A stretch of 64,000 bases of DNA from Takakia lepidozioides. Its lineage: Eukaryota > Plantae > Bryophyta. Within the stretch, counting starts at the first letter, position 1. The number at the start of each line of letters is the position of its first letter. The stretch spans positions 27,900,001-27,964,000 of the forward strand of contig CM060734.1 of NCBI GenBank assembly GCA_030704615.1. Reading direction: 5' to 3'. The notes under the pieces are model-generated. The model made no database searches. It was not told where the DNA came from and saw nothing but the letters and a program-made list of their open reading frames with translations. Made by a program: the position numbers and the translations under genes. This document shows positions 50,059-62,430 of this stretch, piece by piece.

Positions 50059-51886
50059 GGAGGCTCCTTCTCTGCAAGAGTCCTCAAATTTCGTTCATGA
50101 ATGTCGAGGTCGGCTGCTGCGGCAGTGGCTGCAATACGGTCATTCTCTCTCCTCAAAGACACCTCTGGAGCTGGGGTCTCAGAAGGAGCAATCCAAATAC
50201 CACCAACACAAGAAAAGATGGTCTGGGCCCCAGTCATGCAAGATCCCAGTAGTAAATATGGTCTGGTTGCCAGCAGGGACAAGCCACAGGTCCACGAAAT
50301 CTGGATGTTTGTCCAGGCAATTCTCTTCCAGGAGAACAAACTTTATGTACCTGCAGCAACAGAGACAGCCTCATTTTACAATGGAAATATTATGTGGCAA
50401 CTTTTCCATCACACCAGGAAGACCCCCTTCAACAGTATGCCACACAACACATTGCAACCACAGCACAAATAAGTAGTGCAAGAGTGTGCACCTGTAAAGG
50501 CATCGTTTCCAGGCTTCTCTCCTTTTTTTTGCTGGTCCCGCTCATTTGTTCGACTGATGCCACCCTCCTTGCTGAACTCTCTAAAGAAACAAGAGTGCCA
50601 CACTGTGGCTCTCCATTTCCTCATGTATGCTTCGAAGGACACCTTCGGTGCTATCATACTGATGCCATAGTCAGCCAGTTGAGTATGCAGAATCGATCTG
50701 GCCCTTTCTTCCAACTGCAAAACAATACAAATGCAAGAATGAACCCAAAAGCAATCATAGCGAATGTAAGAGGCAATAGAAAGATAAGGACAGGAAAAGA
50801 AAAGACAGTGACACAGGGAAGGACATCACACCTGGCTCCAGTAAGTGGCATTGTGAAGCCAGGTGTCCAGCACATTGTCACTGACAGGAATGACACGCTG
50901 GGTCTTCTTATCTTTCTCCGGCCTTGGGAACATGTGGGTATCCCTAACTGTGGGATCGGAGTTCCATATCTGCAGCCACTTCACCTTTTGTTCTGGAGAC
51001 ACTACGGCGGTAGACAACCTGTGCAACTTCTCCTGGGCCATTTCTGGCTTGCCTGGCTTGTTATAATGGTTTTTTATCTCCAGGAGAAACTGCGGTCCGA
51101 ATGATGGGTCGGCAATTCTCAACTGCTTCACGAAAGCACTCATTATAGTCCTTGTAGCGGTCATCTCTTTCTGGATGTGACTCTCAACCCCCTTTGCTGT
51201 CCTTCTCTCCTCAGGGTAGAGCTGTAGTATTCCAGTTTGCCACGCTCCCCTGCATCTGCAATGTCTTGCTGCAAGGGAATGCAAGAGAGTTGCATCAGCA
51301 CAAGGTCAAGGGAAACAAACAAAAACAAACATGTGGAATATGGAAGACCAGATGAAGGAAGATGTATCTCACCGTGTACATGTACTCCATGAAAGCCTCA
51401 CGGGTCAACGAGTACCACGTTTCCGATGTCTTGGAGCTTTCGCACTTCTTGTACATCTCCGCTGAAAGGATGGTCTTGAAGTTGGTCAAGGGCATCTGCC
51501 CGATCCTTTGTATCCTATACAGTGTGTGAACCAAACTCGTTTTGACATGCGATGTCTCCGTTCGCAGAATGATATCTGTAAGTCAGAATGAAATTCAAGG
51601 TCTTCAATCAAAGAAGAACGGAACCACAAGTGGAACATGTAGAATGAGAAACCAACCTGTTCACATCATTCATTGCCGTCAGAAGACCCATCATGTTCCC
51701 GTCACAATCCAGCACCATCGATCGAACAGAGTAATGTCACTCTTCCTCCTGTGAGTGCAGCCTCCCAATGACAGCCATCCATGCAAGCAAGCGGTGGTTC
51801 CCATCCCAAACGTGAAATATCTTTCCCGAGAATGCCTGGGTGGAAGGTTTCCTGGAGAGAAGAAGTTCGAAGGATTCGTTCAGCTG
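50059..51886 (-). other. Inverted segment of the cargo gene
   Basis: Exons homologous to copy 1 (KWR..W..CFFREFSK, RNL.TLA.KEP) lie opposite to the MTase exons here but on the same strand in copy 1. Confidence 0.85.
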
Positions 51887-54291
51887 TCTCAGGATACCCC
51901 AGGTAGAGGAAGAAAGGCAAAGGGAAAAGATGTTGCTGGTGTTGTGGGGAAGGGAAGGGGTAGAGGGAAGGTGGCACAAGGGCAGGGAAGTGTTGCAGAT
52001 ATTGGCCCTGTGGAGCATGTCCAGCAGACTCCACCGCATGGTAGGGGATCCGGGAGAAAAAACAAGGGGGTGGTTGATCCCAAGGACCCGTACCATGCAG
52101 TGGAACATCCCACGAGGGTCATTCGCCCAACCAGGTTGGAGATGGCCAACGTCGGGTTCCTTGCCATGATGGAGTCGAAGAAATCTGATTACAAGGGCGA
52201 GCCATCACCAGTGTGGGACAGGATTGTGGAGTTCTTCAGCACGGTGCGTGTTCTCTTTGGGTTCTGTGGCTTCTGTTGTTTTTGTCTGCTGTGGGCATGG
52301 ATCGTTTCTAAACTTGTGAGAATTTCATTGTATTTTTGTTTGCAGTCTAAAATGACCAAATCCTGGGTGAACGGGAAGGAGAAGCCATATGCAGCCGAAC
52401 TCATCATCTTGGACATCCCTGATGGGTTGGCAGTCCCGGATATCCCTCCATCGGGTGCTTGTCCGGGTTGGAATGCTTTTGATGAGCGCTACTGGTGGTG
52501 GGTTTTCTCCTTTTGCAACTTCTTCCTGTCCGATGCAGGTGTTTTGGTGCTCATCCAGTCCATCGACGTTCGGTGTCGCCGTGCACTTTCCAGCTATTTG
52601 AAAGCCTCGGGCATGAGAGTCGTGAAGACATGGAATTGTGTGAACAGCATGTACCTTACGAAGGGGGATCGTCCGGGAGAGATGGTGAGTTTGCCTTCTT
52701 CTTCCTCTTCTTGGTTGTTCTTGGATGGGGTTGTATAGGTCGCTTGAACTCATATGTAGGGGCCCTTTTTTTTTGCTTCTTAGTTCCTTGTGGATGTCAT
52801 GTTCGCAGACTCGTCTGTTTGAAGCTGTTTGTCTCGTCCGGGTGCATCCACAAACGACTCCGGCCCGGCATTACCGAGTTCGCCATCACTCATGGGGCCA
52901 AGTTCATAGATGACAGGACAGATCCTCCCACGGATGACATGCATCACAACTACGTCGACAAACAACGTGTGCTTGCGAAGGGGAATGGGGTTCCTTGGAG
53001 AGGGGCGAGGGAGAGGAACCCGGCTTTCATTCAAACGATTGTGGAGTGCTGCACCTACACAGACGCCAGAGTTCTGGATTTGTCGATGGGCACAAGTTCG
53101 TCTCTTCAACATTCACATTTCATGAGGTTTGATTGAGCTTGCACTTTCAGCACTTCCCACCGTTCCGAATGTGTCTTCAATGTCTGCTTCATTCATTCTA
53201 TTCCACTGCAGGTGCTTCTTACCACGCTTGCAAGGCCAGTGCGCGACATCTCTTTGGGATTGAAGGGGATGCTGAGATTTACAAGAACCTCCTGATGGGT
53301 TTGGGTGGACACACTTCTCAAGTCCTTCCGAAGCCCCGTCCCGCTGATACTGATACAGAGGAGACTTCTGACAAGGAGCTGGACTCCGACTTTGCCTGTG
53401 AGTAAGTTCAACCTGTGCATGCTTGCATTGTTGTTTCAATATCGAGAATCGCTGTTCTTGAGGCAAAGTGCACATGGGAGACATCCTCTTTGTTGGACTT
53501 GTGCATTGCATCATTGTGTTAAAAATGGGGTTTTGTGGACATGTGCAGGAGTCCGCGTGCTTCCACTTGCCCTCCAGGGCTATCACACCTATTTGGACTT
53601 GTTTGCAGTCCTCCTCGGTCTTGCGTGCTACCTGTCTATGCGGAGGCACTCGCAACAAGCATGTCCGTTCATGGCACTCGGAGTCCACCTTACGACGGCC
53701 TTTGTAGAACACGTGGTGTTGGGGCCAGAATCTTTGTAGATGACATAGCACAGGAGGTGGACACTGATTGTGATGACTGCGACACTTGATATGAAGTTTT
53801 TCTTTTGGTTTAATTCTGGGCCAAATTTGAAATGGGATGGTTGTGTGTCCTTGTGTGTCCTGTTTGCAATGTGTGCGTGGAATTCACATTCATGGTTACA
53901 AACTATTGTTGGAGATGGGGGTTGCATGGATGCCTGGATTGTTCCTTCAATCTATTTGGTGTTTTGTGGACCTCACAGACTTGAGTACATTGCGAAAACA
54001 AACAAACCACTTTGGTTCGTGTAGAGCATTCTCGCATCATTTGCTAGTTGGTCCCCAAACTATTCCTGCTAGAAGAATGGTTGGTGAATCCATCACGGTG
54101 AAGTCCACCTCATCAAAATTTGTTCAGGCATTCTCAATTCTACCCACATCAACCCGCGGAAAATAGGTGACACCACTCGGAAATAGGTGACATCCGCGGA
54201 AATAGGCACTGTTTGCATGTTGACGTGGCGTGAGCCTGTGCTGGGCTCACGCTTTCCTGGGCTCACGGAATAGCACCCCCCCCCAATTTAC

Positions 54292-55195
54292 CACCGCCAC
54301 CGGCCATCGACTTTTAAAACCAAGCGAATTCACTATTAAATTCTCCCGAACTACGACCAAAACCAATCGATACCTACACCATCTCCGCACCCTCTTTTGT
54401 CATCCATCAGCAGTCTGCACCCTCCAATGCGATCTCCCATGTCCTTATTATCCCCATACGGTTCAAGACATGCTCCCCCTGTACCGATCTACCCCCTATT
54501 GTCTCCATCTACCAAACACTTAAAACGGCATATGCCACTAATACCCATACAGTCACAGAACCCGACCCCCTCTCTCAACTACCTAGCACACAACATACCA
54601 AACCTGACCACAACCTGCATATGCCATTCAACCCCTCATCTAATACGCAAGGCTCCCCCACCCACTCCCAACTAATTACCGGAGTGTCCCCCCCACCCTT
54701 TCCACACAATGATAACAATAACAATGCATACATCATTAAAGCCATATTAGGAGTCAAAACCTAAACGTCAATCGATGCCTTTGGTGCCACTTGTATTGAT
54801 ACATACTACCACTGTAAATGGGTTGGTTACTCCTCATAAGACAACACATGGCAGATAGAAGATGATCTATTCGGCCCACATGATGATTGGGACCCCGAAC
54901 ACAATCTTGCACTTCTCACCTCCTTCCATAAACATACTAACACGGACTATTTAACACACATTCACCAACAACACACCACCCCCACCCAACCTACAGATAG
55001 TCTATACATTTACCAGCCGATCTCTGCCCCCAACATGCACATCTGCATAAATGAGTGTAACCCCGACAAAGATGTCAAGCATGATCAATCACTAATTCGC
55101 ATGGGCCCCGCCTTTCCAATATTTACGCTCAACATGGCCGCTTCATTGGACTCATTCCTAGTAATAGATTAACATGGTTGTGGGAGAAGTATTCT
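54292..55195 (+). mobile_element. LINE ORF2 continuation including a chromodomain-like segment (54729-54870)
   Basis: YIIKAILGVK..TYYHCKWVGYSS*DNTWQIEDDL matches the chromodomain pattern Y.I..IL...Y..KW.GY...DNTW..E..L; two TAA stops. Confidence 0.78.
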
Positions 55196-56539
55196 GGAGG
55201 TTTATTATAGCCAGAAACCATGAACCATGAGCCATGAGCCGCATGAGCGGTGAGCCGAAGTCTAAGACACGCGGTTTTCATGAGCGGACTTCTCCAAATT
55301 TGGAAATGCGGCAGATTAAAAAAGTTTTAAAATAATAGTTTTTTAATTTGACATTGACGTTTTTGGAATTTCCAGATCCTGTAATGCGGTGAAGATATGT
55401 CGTGTGTAACAATTCCGCTCATGGTTTTGTAAATCTGCTCATGGAAAAAACTGACCGTGCAACGAGAAATCCAGTATACCACAGCTAAAAGAGGTATACT
55501 GGCGTGTATAGAGTATTCCGCGGTTTTATGTGCCGTAACATTGGAATGAAGCTGACCCTTCTATCGCGACTGTATGATCCCCATGCAACAATATAGTTTG
55601 CGGTGCTTGAAAATTCTTGCTTCTTCCTTCATTCTGCGGGAAAGGTTTGCCACTCCACTGGGAAATGCGGTGCCGCATTTCGATTCGCATGTGCGAGATT
55701 TCTGAGGAGGTTCAGTGTTCTCGACAGTCGGCGCCCAGAAGACTCGGTGCGACTATCTTACTATGATCAAAGTAGGTACTGGTAGTGGCGGCCACGGTAC
55801 TTGGAAATGCGGCGCCGCATTTCCTTGTCAGGGGTCGAATGAGGTAAACAAAGTTTGGGGTGAGGAGAAAAACAAGAACCCCAAAAAAACCAAAAATACA
55901 GGCACGTGGAAACAGAAGGTAATGGCATAGTATTATCTTAGTATGACCAAAATAGGTTACTGGTAGACAAGACATAAGTCCAACAGTTCTGTTCCCAAAG
56001 TCAAAGGTACTTACAGCAGTACAGTTCTACTATAATTGAAACTTCGAAAATGATGGGCGTAACGTTGTCTTGTGCCCCGCAACCCAAGCTCATTGGTCCC
56101 CTGGATCCATATTCAGAAGAGTGTACACCTCGTTGGGGCTCAACGCTCGTGCATCTATGAAGTGATGAGTTGTGGAATTACACCGAAGTCTCTTTAGGTA
56201 CACATAGTACAGATGTTTGGGTCTAGGCCACATTAATATTCAGAAGATGAAGAAACAATCAGGGGCGGAGCTCTCCGCCCCAATGTCCGGGAAATAATTT
56301 CAGTTGAACCAGCCAGTAGCCGCTCATTCCCAGCAGCAATCGGCTAAGTGGGTTGGGCAGTCGGTTGCTACCCCTTAGTGGTAACTATACCCGGTCAATT
56401 TCCGAGATAAATTTATTACAACCGGTAATATTCCTAATGATTTATTTTGTGTTCAGCTATAAATCCGGCCCTTATAAATATCAACATGTTGACAACACAA
56501 GTGTCAAATGCACAACAATAAGTAAATAATAATAATAAT

Positions 56540-57103
56540 AAATAATCACAACCAGATTCACAAGCATGGAGGCATACTGAAGAGATGTGGCCTTTTCTCT
56601 TGGAGGACCCACGACATGTCCGCCTCGGCTTCTCCTCGGATGGGGTCAACCCATACTCTGAGTCATGTAGTCATTCCACTTGGCCGATGACCTTGGTGAA
56701 TTACAACATCCCTCCGTATCTTAAAAAAAAAAAAAAAACCATATCATGTTGGCTGCCATTGTACCAAGTGAGTGTTCCCAATTCATGCTTATTATTCCCT
56801 TGGACTTTACATTAATCTTATGCTCTCTGGCGCAATTCGGATGCAAGATTGATGAGTGACATAATCATGGAGTAAGATGTGTAATTCATTATGTAGTGTA
56901 ATTTGCATATTGGTGGAGCATTGAAACAATGATGTGAATGTCTCATAGGGAAAAAACAAGTGGCAAACATAGACACGTACTTGCGACCTCTAGTTGATGA
57001 ACGTAAGGAGCTATGGAGGGGGGTCCCGGCATTGGATGCTCCACTTGACCCTATGGCCGGACAATCTTTTCAGAGGAGAGACATATTGCTTTGGACAATG
57101 CAG
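56540..57103 (+). pseudogene. CACTA/EnSpm transposase (Transposase_21-like) fragment
   Basis: PDSQAWRH..WP..EDPRHVRLGFSSDGVNPY..STWPMTLVNYNIPP; after a probable intron, NIDTYLRPLVDERKELWRGV..ILLWTM. Confidence 0.9.
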
Positions 57104-57811
57104 TGGGGGGGTGACTGAGCAGCTGCTGCTGCTCAGTCACTCCCCCCCTCCTACCTTTTTTTCTTTTTTCTTTGTTGCCCCCTCTCTCCCTCTCTCTCTA
57201 TAACTCTTTGGATTTCATCTGGCCTTAACCTTTTTGAGGCTGGTTATTTGGTTTTTCATCCCAATCTTTTTCATCAAAATTTGGCTGATATTATTGTAGG
57301 ATGATGAAACTTAATGTACAGAAAGCTTGGTTTACCATTTGTTTCTTTCATCTAAACTGGATGAACTACATGAATAATGGTGACCTATTTTAATCCAAGA
57401 GATAGTAATTTTACCATCATTTATTATAAATGATGGCAGTTATTAAACTTGAGCCTATACCCTAACCCTAAAAGTTCGGCCACCGAAACACCGCAGGGGG
57501 GAAGATGATTCTGATACTACTGGTTCTACAGAGGAACCTTTTGACATGGCGGAGGACTATGCACTCCAGATGGCAGAGAAGAACCGACGGGGATCTCCTG
57601 TGCCTGAGAGGTTATCTCGTTATCAACCGCATGAGGGTCAGACATTTCCATTTGGTGCTCAATGGCCTCCATCAGCCAGTGACAGGGCTCGGGCTCGCAC
57701 ATAGAGCCCTCCAAAGGACTCTCACTATCAGAAGGGTGCTCGCTCACAAAGGTTTAATGATCCTAAACAGTAAACCGTGAGGACACGGCTTTTTGAGAGG
57801 GGGAGGGGTAA

Positions 57812-58796
57812 TGTTAGAGGGCTGTCTGGGACGTAGACACTTTTATGGGTTCTGTGGGGTACCCTTAATTTTTGCGCAGACTTACGGATGGTAGACTTTG
57901 ATCAACAGAGGCCTTAGGGGTGACAGGCACAAGCTTTAGGGGTGGTAGACAGGCTTACACACTCAGTCACAGTCTTACACAGTCGTATACAGCCTATCAT
58001 AGTCTATCACAGCCATACACAGCCTTACACAGCCCGACACAGCCTTACACAGTCTGTCACAGTCAATCATAGCCTATCACAGTTAGTCACAGTCTATCAC
58101 AGCTCCACACAGTTTCACACAGCCAGTCACAGCCCGACACAGTTTGGCACAGCCCGTCACAGCGTATATAGGAAACGATTATCATTGGCAGGGAACGACT
58201 ATGTGGGAACGACATCTGCAGAGGGAACGTGTTTACTTCTTAGGTGACAGTTAGTTAGTTAGGCGGTTAGAACAACTTGTAGATAAAATAGGCAGAGCAA
58301 GCATCATAGAGGACACTTCAGAGGGAGCACTTCTTGGTCATGCACGAGAGGAGATCAGGCAGAGAGCAAGGATGGAGAGCACGGCGAAGGAGAAGAGATG
58401 AACAGTAGATGCTCGTTACATGCAAAGCTATAGCGATACTGAGAGCAGATTAGAGACACCATGGCTTCGGCCTGATACCTGATAAATCTTAATCTGATAC
58501 TTATTCGATACAATCACACTGTGTAGAGAGACTTGAGTGAAGCTGTGGAATGAATGGATGAGTGAATGGAACGTGATAAATACTGAAGCAATCTGATGCT
58601 TCAGTATACACAGTAAGGTAATTTGCTAACATGAAGGCAATAAGAAATACAAACAGGAAGCACAACCATGATTCACTAGCTGTAGGTCATGACTTATTGT
58701 TATGAACGGCCTGAGTGCTTAGAGATATCCAACTCTTCTATCTTGGAGTTCCCACCTCGGATAGCGAAGGGATGGGTGAGTAAAAGCCGCTCGACA
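57812..58796 (+). repeat. 3' LTR of a Gypsy remnant, preceded by a polypurine tract
   Basis: TGTTAGAG...TCGACA; PPT gagagggggaggggtaa at 57795-57811; homologous to 60844-61688; internal ~10-bp CACAG minisatellite 57950-58165. Confidence 0.88.
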
Positions 58797-59286
58797 GCCC
58801 TGCGCCATGGCGTCCAACAGATCGTCTCCAACAGAACGCAATCAAAGTAGAAGTGTTCACAGATAGAGAATAGTTCATACAAAAAGAGAGCCACATGTAA
58901 TCTGTAGATAAATAGGGATAGAGTACTTCCCAACGAGGAGTAAAAGCGCCGCTGCAAATTAAAAAGAACCATGAGGGTCTGAGCAAAGCGATCATCGCTT
59001 TGTCGCCTGCCAGAGAGGAATCTGCCTAACCGCCAATGCGCATCCCAAGAGCCAGCCATCACGAGTACCATGTAGCAGCAGGGGAGCAGATTTACACGGC
59101 ACATCATCAAGGATCCCTGAAGCACGAGTTCTGTGCTGTGAAATGTGTCGGCCCGCTTAGGGCACAGCTCCTCGATTTCTCATCCATGGTGGACGAAAAG
59201 CCGCATTTTAGCACGAGATGATCAATGGGGGTGGCTCCTCAGGAATCCTGAGTGGCATACAGTGTTGGCCCACCATGTCTGGAAGC

Positions 59287-60826
59287 TTAAACTGTACTAC
59301 TTGCTTTAATCGCTTGCAAGCAAAATGAGTGAACTCCCTGAACTAGGTAAGAGGTGTGCCAATGAGCCACATTAAACCATAAACAAAGCTGGGAATCCTT
59401 CTGCATCATGACTTTCGCATCATACAGGTACATATGGGGTGGAACTGAAGGTAAGACCCAATGATCCCCACTGGAATAACTCAGAAATCGTGATTGCATC
59501 TTCTGCTGCTCAATGTGATAACACGCAATGAAACAAGCAGCATAGTAGAATCCACAGCCCATGACAATACTAGATACTTCCTTGGTCTTGGTGTAGATGT
59601 ACCCATGAACAATCTGGAAGGCAATTAATTCCTTCAACATGGTGCCTGCCTCAGACCAATACCTTGCAAAATGATGATCCTCAATGGTTCGATTGTTCGG
59701 AAGAACCTTAGTCCGAGTTGCCACTGGCAACCAGATGCGCATGATCTGGTAATAATGTGCCAAAGACTGTGGAGGACTAAATTCCTTCCAAGCCAAATCC
59801 ATCACAATGGGAATTTGGTTGAAGGGCATAATCATAGCCCGATTGTACTCCATTGCAGCAGGAGTCCTAGGTGGATTAAAAGTAGCATCCCCCCAAACCT
59901 CAGACTGCGGCTTTGCCATGGTATCAACAGGGTCAGCCACCTGCATAGCCACCTGCTGTGGGGGCTGTGATATTGCCGCCACTGTCCCTCCTACTACCGG
60001 CAACTCCTGCACCTCCTGCGAAGAAGACTGAAAAATCAGAGTCCTGGCATGCAAATAAGTAGCCACCAGCTGCTCCTCAGGAACAAAGACTCTTTTGTCA
60101 ATATTGAAACTCAGGTCATCCACTTGAGTCTGCAGCCCTTCCACATCATCCTGTAACTCTACTATCATACTATAGACATTGTCTATAGTAATGGTGGCAA
60201 TGTTCTGCACCTGCAACCTGAGATCATTCATCTCCCCCTGAGTGAGCTTTCGTGGTGCCTTCCCTTCCACCGGCCCTTGTGTTAACCATACTTGCATAAG
60301 ATGATTATCCACCAAGTCTTGTGTAGCACCCCCTGAGAGCCTGCTCCTCCTTGAGTCTGTACACATCTAACTTCTGCTGTAAAGCCTCCATGCGCTTCGC
60401 ATGAGGTTCAACCAGGGCCGCATAGGCAACAACCAGATTATTGGCTTCCTTCCAAGCCTTGTTAGCCACAGAGAGTTCATTCTTTTGGCCCGTGAGTGTT
60501 TGCTGCAACTTCAGGATGTATCTTTCCTTCCCAGCCTCAACCTGACTATTTTGTTGGAAAGTAACCTCATTGCAACAGATTGTAGCTCTCAAATCAGCAA
60601 TGAATTTCCCTTGCTCTACTATCTTAGCCTCTGCCATCATACACCTCTCTGCTTGTCTGTTAACTTCTAATGCAATCTGGTCCAGAGCGGTTGTCAGTGT
60701 GGCACATTGGATGGTTATTTTCTGATGAACTGCCTCCAACTCTGTATGGAGCACGTTCACTTCCTGCAACTTGCCCTCATGCTTCACCTGCAATTGGTAT
60801 AGTTGTTGCTTATGTGCTTCATGCAA
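59287..60826 (-). pseudogene. Unknown protein (coiled coil plus globular C-terminus), two overlapping ORFs, probably TE accessory
   Basis: ORFs 60305-60826 and 59287-60366 overlap as if frameshifted; heptad-like composition; cut at the 5' end by the LTR at 60844. Confidence 0.45.
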
Positions 60827-60843
60827 CTTCTCCTGCTCTAGAC

Positions 60844-61688
60844 TGTTAGAGAACTGTCTGGGACTTAGGCACTTTTATGGGTTCCAAGGGGTACCCTTAT
60901 TTTTTACATAGACCAGTCACAGCCCGTCACAGCCACACAGCCAGTCACAGCCCAACACAGCCCGTCACAGCCCGACACAGTCGCACAGCCAGTCACAGCC
61001 CAACACAGTCGCATAGCCAGTCACAGCCCGTCACGGTTGCACACAGCCAGTCACAACTTGACACAGCTCTCACGACCATAGGGAACAGATAGCAGGACAG
61101 GGAACGACTGTGGGGAACAACATCTGCGAATGGAACATGTTAGTTCACGGATGACGGTTAGTGAGGGAAACGGTTAGAACAACGGGTAGGAAGATAAAGC
61201 CAAGAGCGGGGACTGGAAAGGGATCACTGCTTGGGGAATCCTGGGGGGACATCACGGAGGACGGACGGAGGAAGATGGGGAGAGAAGAGGAATGATGATG
61301 ATACTACAGAGAGGAGGAGGAGACAATTGCGACTTAGTTAGTAGAAGCTGTAGAATTACATAGAAAGGTAGATTAGAGAAACTGTGGCATCAACATGTAT
61401 CTGATTATCATTAATCTGATTCTTATCCGATACAAACACCTTGTGTAGAGAGATGAATGGAATCAGAGGGTCAAAGGAGCAATCTGACGCTTAAATGTAC
61501 TTGGTAAAGAAGAACTGAGAATATGAAAACCAGAAGGAATATAAATTGGAAACCCAACCATGATTCACTAGTTGCAGGTCATGACTGATTGTTCTACGCG
61601 GGTTGAGTGCTTAGAGATATCCAACTCTTCTATCTTGGAGTTTCCCCCTCGGATAGCAAAGGGATGGGTGAGTAAAAGCCGCGCGACA
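60844..61688 (+). repeat. 5' LTR of a Gypsy (non-chromovirus-like) element
   Basis: TGTTAGAG...GCGACA, followed by PBS-like TGGCGACCATACTGGGGA at 61691; CACAG minisatellite 60910-61075. Confidence 0.9.
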
Positions 61689-62430
61689 TTTGGCGACCAT
61701 ACTGGGGAACTGGGTATTAATGAACAACCAGATGTGATAGGCATCTGGTGGGATCATGGCGGTTGGAGAATTAAAGAATTTGATGTGAATCAAATTCCCT
61801 GTGGAACAAAGAAGGAAAGATTGTCTAAACAATTCTTTCAGAAGTTTCTGGAATTGCCAGACGGTTGTAAAGAAAATATTCTTAAGAGAGTGCATGATGC
61901 TGACCCGGAATGGGGTCTGGAGAAAGGAGTGATAAAGATTTATCAGGTGGCCTGTAGAGGAAGAGCACGTTGGTTACCAACACTGGTTTATGTGATAGCC
62001 TTGCTATCCATTAAGCGAGTAGAGTTTGACAGCTGGGAGGAAAGAAAGGTGAATGTTTATACTCATATGCATGAGGAACTTGTACTGGTAAAGAACTGGA
62101 TTCCAAAATGATATCTTGTGGATCAAACCCACACCAAGAACAGCTTTTCAGACTTGTTTACCATATGGGTATATAGTAACGGAGACTTCTAGTATATCCA
62201 GAGGAACATTGAAGCTTGAGAGAAACCCAGGCATATACGAGAGATACTACAGAAGGGAGTTTTGGTCATTGCCACATTAAAAGAAATGAAGGACATGGGA
62301 CATGAGTGATGAAAGAGAAGCTAGACTCCAGAGATATTCAGCAAAAAGATAAAGTTATCTGAAAGCTAATTATCCATACCTTTGGGAGAGAGGAATAGAC
62401 ATTGGGGAATCATCTAGACCTCTCACACCA

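Larger units (their letters stand above)
47673..53405 (+). pseudogene. Multi-exon ParB/Srx-like + beta-class amino-methyltransferase-like gene (copy 2), disrupted by an internal inversion
   Basis: Acidic first exon; IPLCRL..VRP..FVHGY..FYVS then (inverted) FHVWDGNHRLLAW; YAAELIILDIPDG..FLSDAGVLVL..; PWRGARERNPAFIQTIVECC..RVLDLSMGT|ASYHACKASARHLFGIEGD..DFACE*. Confidence 0.72.
42752..54281. mobile_element. Complete Mutator-like (MULE) DNA transposon, 11.5 kb, with cargo gene
   Basis: 10-bp TSD CCCAATTTAC at 42742-42751 and 54282-54291; imperfect TIRs GAGCGTAGCTACGGCGTGAGCCCAG / revcomp GGGGGGTGCTATTCCGTGAGCCCAG; excision restores LINE peptide HITLTQFTTATGHRLLKP. Confidence 0.92.

Noticed and set aside
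42734-54291. 18-bp TSD (caccctcacccaatttac / cacccccccccaatttac)
   Set aside because: Aligning the two TIRs assigns six of the Cs to the right terminus and leaves an exact 10-bp TSD, typical of MULEs
55195-55290. Third MULE terminus (CATGAGC repeats resembling CGTGAGC)
   Set aside because: No matching end, TSD or MULE coding sequence; the nearest transposase is CACTA-type
57458-57473. Telomere-like CCCTAA(A) repeats
   Set aside because: Only two units
57812-61688. Single intact LTR element
   Set aside because: PPT lies outside the left LTR and PBS outside the right; the LTRs are diverged and differ in length; no gag/pol between them
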